Shown: positions 50,545-61,419 of the stretch, piece by piece
Layout of the letters: the number at the start of each line of letters is the position of its first letter
Position numbering within the stretch: the first letter of the stretch is position 1
NCBI GenBank assembly: GCA_943350875.1
Contig: CALRAL010000002.1
Span: 68,221-132,220 of the forward strand
Length of the DNA: 64,000 nucleotides
Reading direction: 5' to 3'
DNA from: Candidatus Nomurabacteria bacterium
GTDB lineage: Bacteria > Patescibacteriota > Minisyncoccia > Phycocordibacterales > UBA9973
Position numbers and translations under genes: made by a program
Notes under the pieces: generated by a model
The model's database searches: none
Seen by the model: only the letters and a program-made list of their open reading frames with translations
What the model was told of the DNA's origin: nothing

Positions 50545-51327
50545 ATGAGTGAAGAAATAAAAAAAGGAACACCTGCCCGAAATGCTACGCATAACGTTGC
50601 AGGCGGGGAACATCCACTTTCATTACTAGCAGACCAAGCTTATGGTGTTTTTTCGGAGCTTGGGTTTGAAATAGTCACAGGCCCAGAACTTGAAAGTGAA
50701 TGGTACAACTTTGATGCACTCAATGTTTCTAAGGATCATCCAGCTCGTGACATGCAAGATACTTTTTACACAAAAAATGAGAAGCCTGCCCGCAATGCTT
50801 CCAGCATAACTGATGCAGGCGGGGAAAAAGTCTTACGCACACATACTACCAATGTTACAGCTAGGGCGTTAGAAAAAGCTCAGAAAGAAAATCGTTTGCC
50901 TTCTGCTTTTATTTCAATTGGTAAAGTTTTTAGAAATGAATCTACAGATGCTACACATGAAATGCAATTTTTCCAGATTGATGGAGCTATGGTTGGAGAA
51001 AATATTTCTATCGCTGATTTAAAAGGTGTGCTTACTTATTTTTATAAAAAAGTATTGGGTAAAGATACTGAAATAGAATTCAGACCTAGCTTCTTTCCTT
51101 TTACCGAACCGTCTATCGAAGTGTGGGCCAAATTTAATAACAAATGGCTGGAAATGATGGGTGCCGGCATGCTTCACCCGAATGTTTTACACAATCTTGG
51201 CCTTGATCCTAAAAAGGTGCAGGGTTTTGCTTTCGGTGGCGGACTTGATCGTATTGCCATGATTAAATGGAATATTCCAGACGTTCGCCTTTTTTATCAG
51301 GGTGATTTGAGGCTCAATCAGTTTTAA
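50545..51327 (+). CDS. pheS: Phenylalanyl-tRNA synthetase alpha subunit (short N-terminus)
   Basis: HPARDMQDTFY, LRTHT, FPFTEPS, GFAFGGGLDR. Confidence 0.96.
   Translation: MSEEIKKGTPARNATHNVAGGEHPLSLLADQAYGVFSELGFEIVTGPELESEWYNFDALNVSKDHPARDMQDTFYTKNEKPARNASSITDAGGEKVLRTHTTNVTARALEKAQKENRLPSAFISIGKVFRNESTDATHEMQFFQIDGAMVGENISIADLKGVLTYFYKKVLGKDTEIEFRPSFFPFTEPSIEVWAKFNNKWLEMMGAGMLHPNVLHNLGLDPKKVQGFAFGGGLDRIAMIKWNIPDVRLFYQGDLRLNQF
50572..50607 (+). repeat. CCTGCCCG..GCAGGCGGG element, 36 nt, in frame in pheS
   Basis: Reads PARNATHNVAGG. Confidence 0.85.
50785..50823 (+). repeat. CCTGCCCG..GCAGGCGGG element, 39 nt, in frame in pheS
   Basis: Reads PARNASSITDAGG. Confidence 0.85.
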
Positions 51328-51380
51328 GAAGTTATAAAGTTTATAAAGTCAAAAGTTATAAAGTAAATATAAATATAAAT

Positions 51381-51830
51381 ATGAAACTCACTGAATTTAT
51401 AATTAAAGCCAAGAAAAATACTTATGCTTCCGATGGAGAAGGAGGTGAAAAATCTTTAGGAGATAATTCAAAAGAATTTCTTTTTAAAAATAAATCTTTT
51501 TTGTATAGAGACAGATATTTCAATAGTAAGGGTAAATTTATAGGTGAAGAAATTGTTTTTAAATCTAAAAAACCAATTTGGGGTATGAACTATTATGGTA
51601 AAATTTTAGTAAATTCAATTAGCAATAAGAAAGTTTATTCATTTCTTAAAAAAGCAATATTGAAAGTGGAAAAAGATAGACCATTTAGGGGGCCAAGAAA
51701 GTTTTTGGAAGGTAATTTTTTATATTTTGATAAAAGTATAGGAACTTATGAAAACTTTTATGGTAAAGAAGAAATATACTTAAATAGAAAAAAAATTTAT
51801 GAATTAAAATATCACGGGGGAATTTTATGA
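51381..51830 (+). CDS. DUF5680-like protein
   Basis: KAKKNTYA, YRDRYF, GEEIV, WGMNYYG, PFRGP, YHGG. Confidence 0.75.
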   Translation: MKLTEFIIKAKKNTYASDGEGGEKSLGDNSKEFLFKNKSFLYRDRYFNSKGKFIGEEIVFKSKKPIWGMNYYGKILVNSISNKKVYSFLKKAILKVEKDRPFRGPRKFLEGNFLYFDKSIGTYENFYGKEEIYLNRKKIYELKYHGGIL

Positions 51831-51845
51831 AAAATTCTTACAATT

Positions 51846-52238
51846 ATGGAATATAAAAAAGATTTTGATACTTGGAATAAAAAGAAAAAAGAAATTGACA
51901 GTAAAAATGTTTCTAATGATCATTTTGTTAATGAACGAGAAATTTGGTGGGGGTCGCTTGGTTTAAATATAGGGTTTGAACAAGATGGGAAGAATGATAA
52001 TTTTGAAAGGCCATTATTGGTCATAAAGAAGTTTAATAAGGAAATTGTTTGGGTAATTCCATTAACGACAGTCGCAAAAAACAATAAGTTTCATTATAAG
52101 TTGAAATCTAGTGGTTCTTTTGTCATACTTTCACAAATCAGATTGGTTAGTACAAAGAGGTTTATTAGGCGAGCTGAAAGAATAGCCGAATCAGAATTTG
52201 CAAAAATTATAAGTAAAATTAAGGAATTATTCCCATAA
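51846..52238 (+). CDS. PemK/MazF-like toxin with no protein antitoxin evident
   Basis: KDFDTWN, EREIWW.SLGLNIGFEQDGK, RPLLVIK, IPLTT, LSQIRLVS.KR. Confidence 0.85.
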   Translation: MEYKKDFDTWNKKKKEIDSKNVSNDHFVNEREIWWGSLGLNIGFEQDGKNDNFERPLLVIKKFNKEIVWVIPLTTVAKNNKFHYKLKSSGSFVILSQIRLVSTKRFIRRAERIAESEFAKIISKIKELFP

Positions 52239-52290
52239 AAGCGAAACCCCGCTTTCGCGGGGAATCTCGGGGGACTAACGTCCATTTACA
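52236..52290 (-). ncRNA. Candidate small structured RNA convergent to the PemK-like gene
   Basis: Downstream of a consensus promoter; hairpins GGAC-GTTA-GTCC and CCCCGC-GAAA-GCGGGG followed by T residues. Confidence 0.5.
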
Positions 52291-52296
52291 ATAAGA

Positions 52297-52325
52297 AGTA
52301 TATATCCAATAAAAAATAATGTCAA
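52297..52325 (-). promoter_or_regulatory. Consensus sigma70 promoter antisense to the pheS-pheT unit
   Basis: TTGACA-17 nt-TATACT on the minus strand. Confidence 0.75.
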
Positions 52326-52337
52326 GTAAATAATTTT

Positions 52338-54158
52338 ATGAAAATTTCTTACAATTGGTTAAAGTGGTATGTGCCAGAAGTTCCTGAGGTAGATAAACTT
52401 GCTGATGTTTTTACGTATCATCTTTGCGAAGTAGAATCTTTAACTCCCCTCCTTGGGGAGGAGGGGGCTGGAGATGGTGATTATATTTTCGATTTAAATA
52501 TTTTACCAAACAGAGCGCATGATTTACTTTCTCATCAAGGGATAGCTCGAGAGCTTGCTGGACAGCTTGGAATAAAATTCAATGATCCAACTCCTAAATA
52601 TAAAATTCCTGAGAGCAAACCTACTAATTTAAAAATAAATGTAGAATCTGCACGCAGGTATATGGGGCGTATTGTGCGAGATATAAAAGTGGGTCCTAGC
52701 CCAGAATGGGTAAAGATGCATTTAGAATCAATAGGGGCTAGGAGCATAAACAACATTGTAGATGCTACAAATATCACGATGTTTGATTGTGGTCAGCCTT
52801 GTCATGCTTTTGACTTGGATAAAATAAAAGGAAATATTTCTGTGCGCAATGCTACAGATGGAGAAAAGATAACGACGCTAGACAACAAGGATTTAGTTCT
52901 AAATGCTACAGATGTGGTCATCGCTGATGATGAAGGGGTGCTTGCTCTCGCAGGTGTAAAGGGTGGCAAAAAAGCAGAAGTGGATGCGAACACAAAGAAT
53001 ATCATGCTTGAAGTTGCAAACTTTTTTCCAATATCTACTCGAAAGACCGCGCGTAGGCTCGGTATATTTACAGATGCATTAAAAAGATTTGAAAATGATC
53101 TTTCACCGATGCTTTGTGATTTTGCAATGCTAGAGTTGTCTGCTTTATTGGTTGAATTTGGTTTTAATAATTTTGAAAATGTTGTAGATATTTATCCTAA
53201 AAAACTTCCAGAGAAGAAACTTTCTTTTTCAGTTGCAAAAGTATCTAAGATATTAGGTATTAATGTATCTATGGCAGAAGTGGAGGATATTTTGAAGAGG
53301 TATAGTTTTATATATAGAAACAATGGTGATCTGTTTGAAATAAATGTTCCTTCAATGCGTTTTGATTTAGAGATAGAAGAAGACATGGCAGAAGAAGTGA
53401 GTAGGATTTTAGGGTATGACAAAGTAGAGCCAAAAATGCCAAAAATAAGTTTCAAACCAAAGCAAAATGAAGTTTTTGCGAAGATTAGTTATACCAGAAA
53501 TAAACTTTTAAGCGAAGGATATTCTGAGGTAATGACCTATACTTTTTGCGATAAAGGGGAAGTGTCTGTTTTGGCCTCCGCTTCAGATAAGAAGTTCTTG
53601 CGTACAAATATTACTGATGGACTAAAAGAGAGTATAAAATTAAATCAATTAAATGCGCCATTTTTGGGAATAAAAGAGATAAAAGTTTTTGAGATTGGAA
53701 CAGTGTTTAAAAAAGGAGGTGAAGAAATGCATGTGGCATACGGAGATAAAAAAGAAGTAAAAGAAATGACACTGAATGAATTTACAAAATCGGCAGAGTC
53801 GTTTTTGAATGGTCTGGCTGGGGTAGGGGACCCAGGGAACCGAGGACCTGAAAAAATGACTCTGCCGATGACGTTCAAGATGTGGTCCCTATATCCATTC
53901 ATCGTGCGTGATATCGCTTTCTGGGCTGATGGGGAAATAAATATTGAAGAAATAAAAAATTTAATTAAAGAAAATGCAGGGGAATTAGTTGTAAAAGGTC
54001 CAGAACTTTTTGATACGTTCAGTAAAGATGGTAAAACTTCTTATGCTTTTCGAATTATCTTTCAATCTTTTGATCGCACTTTGACTGATGAAGAAGTAAA
54101 TACTTTTACTTCAAAAATCTCTCAAGTTTTAACTCAAAAAGGTTTTACACTTCGATAG
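52338..54158 (+). CDS. pheT: Phenylalanyl-tRNA synthetase beta subunit (short form)
   Basis: MKISYNWL, PNRAHDLLS, SINNIVDATN, GQPCHAFD, RDIAF, DRTLTDEEV. Confidence 0.95.
   Translation: MKISYNWLKWYVPEVPEVDKLADVFTYHLCEVESLTPLLGEEGAGDGDYIFDLNILPNRAHDLLSHQGIARELAGQLGIKFNDPTPKYKIPESKPTNLKINVESARRYMGRIVRDIKVGPSPEWVKMHLESIGARSINNIVDATNITMFDCGQPCHAFDLDKIKGNISVRNATDGEKITTLDNKDLVLNATDVVIADDEGVLALAGVKGGKKAEVDANTKNIMLEVANFFPISTRKTARRLGIFTDALKRFENDLSPMLCDFAMLELSALLVEFGFNNFENVVDIYPKKLPEKKLSFSVAKVSKILGINVSMAEVEDILKRYSFIYRNNGDLFEINVPSMRFDLEIEEDMAEEVSRILGYDKVEPKMPKISFKPKQNEVFAKISYTRNKLLSEGYSEVMTYTFCDKGEVSVLASASDKKFLRTNITDGLKESIKLNQLNAPFLGIKEIKVFEIGTVFKKGGEEMHVAYGDKKEVKEMTLNEFTKSAESFLNGLAGVGDPGNRGPEKMTLPMTFKMWSLYPFIVRDIAFWADGEINIEEIKNLIKENAGELVVKGPELFDTFSKDGKTSYAFRIIFQSFDRTLTDEEVNTFTSKISQVLTQKGFTLR
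52443..52477 (+). repeat. C/G-tract hairpin element inside pheT
   Basis: CCCCTCCT-TGGGG-AGGAGGGG; TPLLGEEGAGDG. Confidence 0.65.
53789..53869. repeat. 81-nt palindromic element inside pheT
   Basis: ATCGGCAGAGTCGTTTTT / AAAAATGACTCTGCCGAT stem; SAESFLNGLAGVGDPGNRGPEKMTLP. Confidence 0.8.
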
Positions 54159-54290
54159 TTGCTTTTTACTTAATTTATGTAATAATGATTTTTATCAGTT
54201 TAAACTGATATTAGTTCTTTTTTTAGTAATGATGTTCAGCCATCATACTGACATTACTAAAATAAACAATTGAATAAAATTTATTTTTTT

Positions 54291-54545
54291 ATGGTTGAAA
54301 CATTAAATAAAAATAATCTTATTATAGCCCCTAAGGGTTGTAATATAACAGGATTTAATTATTTTCCAAAAACAGGTATAATATTTTCTTATAATTGTAC
54401 TTGTGCAATTGGAGAACATCCAGATGAAAATGGTGCAATAGCTTTTGGTAAGGAAGTGAAGAAAGTTCTTATTCCACCTGAAACTTTTACACCTTATTTA
54501 TTATCAAGGCATAAAAGGCAATCGAGGCAACATTTACATTTTTAG
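54291..54545 (+). CDS. Hypothetical protein
   Basis: Orphan ORF with a hairpin leader and downstream hairpin TAAGCCATTTGATT/AATCAAATGGCTTA. Confidence 0.5.
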   Translation: MVETLNKNNLIIAPKGCNITGFNYFPKTGIIFSYNCTCAIGEHPDENGAIAFGKEVKKVLIPPETFTPYLLSRHKRQSRQHLHF

Positions 54546-54619
54546 TTCGAATTTCTTATATAAGCCATTTGATTTTTAATCAAATGGCTTAGTTTATTTC
54601 TATCTAAAATTTTCACTAG

Positions 54620-56710
<2,091 letters not shown>

Positions 56711-56741
56711 TTTAACGGAATCATGCTGGGCATAAATTTTT

Positions 56742-57287
56742 ATGAAACCAAAACTTTTAATCGTCACAGGGAGCCCTTTCAAGTTTCAGGACTTGTCTTC
56801 TAGACTCAATGAGTTTTTTGAATGTGAGCAGAGGGATTTTAAAGAGCCTGAAATACAAGGTGACCCAGAAGAGATAATAAAACATAAATTAAAAACTGTT
56901 TATGATATTTTCAAACGGCCCGTTTTGGTGGATGATGTGTCTGTAAACATTGAGGCATTGAATGGTTTCCCTGGACCTTATATGAAAGATTTTTGGAAAT
57001 GTTTTACTCCGGAGGAAATGGGAAAGAAATTTGAAGGCTCTAGGATAAGCGCTACGTGCAGATTGGGACTTTGCAGAGGAGAGGATGATGTGGTAATAAC
57101 TGAAGGTACATTTTATGGTAAAATAATTGCTCCTAAAAATAATGACCATAAGGGCAGATTCTTTGAATTGTTTGTCCAATTAGATGATACAGATAGACCA
57201 ATGATAGAACTTTCTCCAGAAGAGCGGAACAAATTCTCGCATCGTGGGGGTGCTTTAGATAGTCTTGTTGAGATGTTAAAAAAATAG
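56742..57287 (+). CDS. Ham1-family non-canonical purine NTP pyrophosphatase
   Basis: PEIQG, VDDVS..IEALNGFPGPY, FSHRG. Confidence 0.9.
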   Translation: MKPKLLIVTGSPFKFQDLSSRLNEFFECEQRDFKEPEIQGDPEEIIKHKLKTVYDIFKRPVLVDDVSVNIEALNGFPGPYMKDFWKCFTPEEMGKKFEGSRISATCRLGLCRGEDDVVITEGTFYGKIIAPKNNDHKGRFFELFVQLDDTDRPMIELSPEERNKFSHRGGALDSLVEMLKK

Positions 57288-57298
57288 GATATATAGAA

Positions 57299-57724
57299 AT
57301 GAAAATAGTTTTTATTTGCCGAAGAAATAGATTTAGAAGCCAAATTGCTGAAGGTATTTTTAATCATCTTGCCAAAGATGGCTCATATGCTGTTTCTGGT
57401 GGTATGGATACTTTACCAGAAGAATACGGTGTGTTTTTTAGTGAATACAAAAATGAGAAAGTAAAAAATACTGTAGAAGCGATGAAAAGCCATGGGATTG
57501 ATATTTCTAAAAAGTATGCAAAGAAAATAATCCCTGAAATGCTAGCAGGTGTAGATAAAATTATTTTTTTGATTGATGACAAAGAAAAGATACCAGAATG
57601 GCTAAATAAATATTCATACGATCATTGGAAAATTGAAAATTTTCCCGGTGCTCCTACTTTAGAAAAATCCGAGGAAATCATACAGACATTAAAAGATAAA
57701 ATAAGAAGTATGCTGACTAATTAA
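57299..57724 (+). CDS. Low-molecular-weight phosphatase/ArsC-like protein
   Basis: VFICRRNRFRSQIAE P-loop. Confidence 0.85.
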   Translation: MKIVFICRRNRFRSQIAEGIFNHLAKDGSYAVSGGMDTLPEEYGVFFSEYKNEKVKNTVEAMKSHGIDISKKYAKKIIPEMLAGVDKIIFLIDDKEKIPEWLNKYSYDHWKIENFPGAPTLEKSEEIIQTLKDKIRSMLTN

Positions 57725-57751
57725 CAATTTATTACTTTTTCAGACAATTTT

Positions 57752-57772
57752 TTAGTATATCATATATGATAG
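57752..57772. repeat. 21-bp repeat with 14-bp palindrome, copy downstream of the TrpR-like gene
   Basis: TTAGTATATCATATATGATAG, identical to 58208-58228. Confidence 0.85.
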
Positions 57773-57799
57773 TCTAAGGAACTTTGAGTTCTTAATGTA

Positions 57800-58198
57800 T
57801 TATTGATATAAAAATTTCCATCTACCTCTGCCAGCACGAGGAGGTAGTCCTGCTTTTAAAATTTTCTCTAAAATCATCCAGATATCTTTGTTCTCATTCC
57901 TAATTGCTTTTAAAAGAGAAGAATATTTACCGATATCATATTTGAGTAACATTCTAAAAATAGTTGCTGGACTCATACAAAGAGCTTCAGCAATATAGGA
58001 AGCTGGAATATCTTTTGACAGAAGATAAATAACGGCAAATCTTTTTGCTAGCATTATTTTCTCTGTATGTGTCAAAAAGTCATTTAAGAAGATCTTTACC
58101 CAAGACTTCTTGGCTGATTTTTCAAGAGCAAGATTAAACTCATTATAGAGTTTTTGCAGATATTTCTTTTTAAGTTTTTTTGATGATATGTGTGGCAT
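57800..58198 (-). CDS. TrpR-like (YerC/YecD-type) HTH protein
   Basis: FLTHTEKIMLAKRFAVIYLL, IAEALCMSPATI. Confidence 0.8.
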   Translation of the reverse strand: MPHISSKKLKKKYLQKLYNEFNLALEKSAKKSWVKIFLNDFLTHTEKIMLAKRFAVIYLLSKDIPASYIAEALCMSPATIFRMLLKYDIGKYSSLLKAIRNENKDIWMILEKILKAGLPPRAGRGRWKFLYQ

Positions 58199-58207
58199 GG
58201 TCTATTA

Positions 58208-58228
58208 TTAGTATATCATATATGATAG
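58208..58228. repeat. 21-bp repeat with 14-bp palindrome overlapping the promoter of the TrpR-like gene
   Basis: Minus strand CTATCATATATGATATACTAA contains TG-n-TATACT about 11 nt before the ATG. Confidence 0.85.
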
Positions 58229-58259
58229 ATTAATAAAATGTTGATCATTTTTTTATCTT

Positions 58260-59252
58260 TTAGTGTTTAATTATCTCTAACTTTGTGCAATTATTTTTGA
58301 CACTTAATTTACATGTTCCACCAATAGGAAAAGTAATGAGGGGGTTTGTGTGGCCAAAATCTACATTTGCAATTATGGCGATATTTTTTAGCTTTTCTTT
58401 CGTGTTGATTATATATTTTAATTTCTCTATATTCATCTCTGCCTTTTTCTGGAATCTACCAATAACCAAACCCTTTACTTTTTCAAAGTTTGGTTGGTCT
58501 ATCAATGATTGTAGATTCCTTTCGAATTCTACATCAAAACCAGACCCAGGCATATCATCATCTTCAATAAATAATATTGAGTTTGAAATATCGGGCATGA
58601 ATTCTGTACCCTGAAGTAGATTTAATGTACACAAATTTCCTCCTAGAATAATTCCTTCAACTTCTCCCTCATTCAATATCCAAAAATCCTCATTTTGTAT
58701 AATATTCCTATTATTTTGGTCTAAATACCATGCATCGTCTGTCCAAGTTTTCGATGATAGTACTTCAAATTTGTTTTCTGAAATTAAACATTTTTTAAAA
58801 TATTCCAGATTGTAATCAAATTCTTTTTGCATGGCGAAAGTTGAGAAGTGAAGCCCGGAATAGGTGACCAGCCCTGTTTTAGCTGTGATTGCATTAGCGA
58901 GAGCTGTAATGTCTGAATATCCACACAAAATCTTAGGATTATTTTTAATTAAATCATAATCCAAATGTTTTAAAATCTGGTTTGAATTAAATCCCCCAAT
59001 AACTGTAAATATGGCTTTTACATTTTTGTCTCTAAATGCTTCATGTATATCTTCTACTCTTGATTGTATAGAGGAAGAATTGAACATATCTATTTCTCTA
59101 CAGTTTTTAGAAAATGTAATTTTAAAACCTTGTTTTTCAAAGTTTTCTTTTGCTAATTCTATAAATTCTTCTTTAAGTAAAGCTAAGCTTCTTGCAGGAG
59201 CGATTATTCTTATTTCATCTCCTACTTTTAATTTTTCTGGAATTATGGACAT
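58260..59252 (-). CDS. S66 family LD-carboxypeptidase (MccF-like)
   Basis: IIAPA, IGGFNS, GYSDIT, GGNL, FIE, DFGHT. Confidence 0.92.
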   Translation of the reverse strand: MSIIPEKLKVGDEIRIIAPARSLALLKEEFIELAKENFEKQGFKITFSKNCREIDMFNSSSIQSRVEDIHEAFRDKNVKAIFTVIGGFNSNQILKHLDYDLIKNNPKILCGYSDITALANAITAKTGLVTYSGLHFSTFAMQKEFDYNLEYFKKCLISENKFEVLSSKTWTDDAWYLDQNNRNIIQNEDFWILNEGEVEGIILGGNLCTLNLLQGTEFMPDISNSILFIEDDDMPGSGFDVEFERNLQSLIDQPNFEKVKGLVIGRFQKKAEMNIEKLKYIINTKEKLKNIAIIANVDFGHTNPLITFPIGGTCKLSVKNNCTKLEIIKH

Positions 59253-59264
59253 TAAAATTTATTT

Positions 59265-59302
59265 CCCGCCTGCAAAAGCTATGCTTTAGCATTGCGGGCA
59301 GG
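59265..59302 (-). repeat. CCTGCCCG..GCAGGCGGG element, 38 nt, supplying the thrS stop
   Basis: CCTGCCCGCAATGCTAAAGCATAGCTTTTGCAGGCGGG. Confidence 0.88.
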
Positions 59303-61054
59303 CTTATTCTTAATCTCCTCTAAAAGTTTTGCGAGGAGTTCTTCACTTGTCATCTGGCCGAGCGGGCCAGAGTCACGGGATTCGAGAGTGGTTTTGTTTG
59401 CCTCTATTTCTTTATCACCGATAACTATCCAATAAGGTACTTTATTATTTTTAGCATCGCGGACTTTTGTACCTAGATTTGTATCAGTATCATCAAATTC
59501 TACACGGATATTATTCTCATTTAACAATTTGTAAATTTTTTTTGCATATTTATTATGATTCTCTCGTACAGGAATCATTTTTACTTGCACAGGTGAAAGC
59601 CAGAGAGGGAAGTTGCCGGCGGTGTGTTCTATAAGGATAGACAAAAATCTATCAATAGAACCCATAATAGCTGCATGGATCATTACGATTCTTTCTTTCT
59701 CTCCTTTTTCATTTACACAAGTAAGGTCAAAACGCTCGGGTTGATTCATATCTAGCTGAATAGTAGCTACTTGCCATTGCCTGCCTAGTGAATCTGTGGC
59801 CATAAAATCTAATTTTGGTCCGTAAAAAGCAGCTTCACCGACACCTTCGAAGAATTCAGTTTTGCGTTCTTGAGCTAATTCTCTTAAAGTAGCTTCAGCT
59901 TGTTTCCAGCTTTCTTTGTTGCCTAGATATTTTTCTGGGTGAACAGGGTCATGTAAGGACAATCGAAGTTTTAAATTAAATCCAAAAGATTTGTAAAATG
60001 GTTCAACCACCTTGTCCCAAATTGTACCCAATTCTTCTTTCACTTGTATCATTCTGCAAAATACATGTGCATCGTCCTGAGTAAAACTACGGACTCTGGA
60101 AAGCCCTGAAAGCTCACCTGTCTGTTCATCTCTATAACAAGTAGTAGAATTTGCATATCTTTGAGGAAGTTCTTTGTAGCTCCATTGTTTGCGATCAAAT
60201 ATCTGTATATGATGAGGGCAGTTCATCGGCTTCATGGCGAACTCATGCCCTTCACGTGTAGTGATTCTAAATAATTCAGTTTTAAATTTATCCCAATGTC
60301 CACTTTTCTCGTATAATTCTTTTTTGGTGATATGAGGAATTTCTACTTTCATATAGCCATATGCTTTACGTAATTCCCATACGAAATCATCTAGAAGATT
60401 TCTCAAAACAGTTCCTTTAGGGGTCCAGAGGGGTAGTCCGCTTCCTACTAATTCAGAAAATACAAAAAGATCCAATTCTTTTCCAAGTTTCTTATGATCT
60501 CTCTTTTCTGCTTTTTCGCGCTGTTTTAGATAAGCTTCAAGTTCTGTCTTTGTATTAAATGCGAGTCCGTAGATACGGGTGAGCATTTTATTCTTTTCAT
60601 CTCCACGCCAATACGCTCCTGCTACACGGTCGAGCTTGAAAGATTCTGGATCAATATCTTTGCTTGGATATTCTAAATGTCCTCCACGACACAGGTCAGT
60701 GAACCCTCCGCAAGTATATGTAGTGATCTTTTCTCCACGTTCTACTATTTCATTTATGAGTTCTGTTTTATACTCGTTATTTTTGAAAAATGCCAATGCT
60801 TCGTCTTTTGATATTTCTTTGTGTTCCCATTCTGTCCATTTTGGTAATTTCTTCTTCATTGTGTCTTCTATCTTTTTCAAGTCGCTGTCAGCTACTTTTT
60901 CTCCACAGAAATCAATATCGTAATAGAAACCGTTGTCTATGGCAGGCCCAAGGGTGAGCTTTACTTTGTCGAATTTGTAAATGTTGCCTACAGCCGATGC
61001 CAGCAGGTGAGCAAGGGTGTGCCTTAATTTAGCTATTTTTTCATCTTTTTCCAT
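59279..61054 (-). CDS. thrS: Threonyl-tRNA synthetase (no TGS domain)
   Basis: RHTLAH, DLCRGGH, AYWRGD, RDHKKLG, KPMNCP, FYGPK, TIQLD. Confidence 0.97.
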   Translation of the reverse strand: MEKDEKIAKLRHTLAHLLASAVGNIYKFDKVKLTLGPAIDNGFYYDIDFCGEKVADSDLKKIEDTMKKKLPKWTEWEHKEISKDEALAFFKNNEYKTELINEIVERGEKITTYTCGGFTDLCRGGHLEYPSKDIDPESFKLDRVAGAYWRGDEKNKMLTRIYGLAFNTKTELEAYLKQREKAEKRDHKKLGKELDLFVFSELVGSGLPLWTPKGTVLRNLLDDFVWELRKAYGYMKVEIPHITKKELYEKSGHWDKFKTELFRITTREGHEFAMKPMNCPHHIQIFDRKQWSYKELPQRYANSTTCYRDEQTGELSGLSRVRSFTQDDAHVFCRMIQVKEELGTIWDKVVEPFYKSFGFNLKLRLSLHDPVHPEKYLGNKESWKQAEATLRELAQERKTEFFEGVGEAAFYGPKLDFMATDSLGRQWQVATIQLDMNQPERFDLTCVNEKGEKERIVMIHAAIMGSIDRFLSILIEHTAGNFPLWLSPVQVKMIPVRENHNKYAKKIYKLLNENNIRVEFDDTDTNLGTKVRDAKNNKVPYWIVIGDKEIEANKTTLESRDSGPLGQMTSEELLAKLLEEIKNKPARNAKA

Positions 61055-61088
61055 ATTCTTATACTACCATAATATTATTATTTTAAAA

Positions 61089-61116
61089 CCCCCTGATAAG
61101 GGGGATTTAGGGGGTT
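61089..61116 (+). repeat. Intergenic C/G-tract hairpin element
   Basis: CCCCCTGATAAGGGGGATTTAGGGGGTT, near-identical to 34658-34685. Confidence 0.8.
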
Positions 61117-61163
61117 GTGTTTTATTTTGCAATTTATATTTAATATGCTAATATAGACTCATT

Positions 61164-61394
61164 ATGGTAGTACGAATGAGAAGCACAAAATCGCATACAG
61201 GCAACAGGCGTTCACACCACGCTTTGAAAAGTGTGGGCTTTGTGAAGTGTGAAAATTGCAAGGTATTAAAGAAAGGACACACAGTCTGCTCTTCTTGCGG
61301 TTTTTATCGCGGAATGAAAGTATTAGATTTAGTTAAAAAGTTGGAAAAGAAACAAAAGAAAGCAAAGGCAAAGAAAGCAGAATCGGGTAAGTAA
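61164..61394 (+). CDS. rpmF: 50S ribosomal protein L32
   Basis: NRRSHHAL, CENC..HTVCSSCGFYRG. Confidence 0.95.
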   Translation: MVVRMRSTKSHTGNRRSHHALKSVGFVKCENCKVLKKGHTVCSSCGFYRGMKVLDLVKKLEKKQKKAKAKKAESGK

Positions 61395-61419
61395 AAGTTT
61401 TGCCTTCGCTCATTAATTT

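Noticed and set aside
51328-51365. Short tandem AAAGTT(T)ATAAAGT repeats, with a similar tract near 28268
   Set aside because: Low complexity and too short to assign a function from sequence alone
52094-52285. 63-aa antisense ORF as a protein antitoxin
   Set aside because: Mostly the reverse complement of the toxin gene and crosses a terminator-like hairpin; not fully excluded because its ATG is close to the predicted TSS
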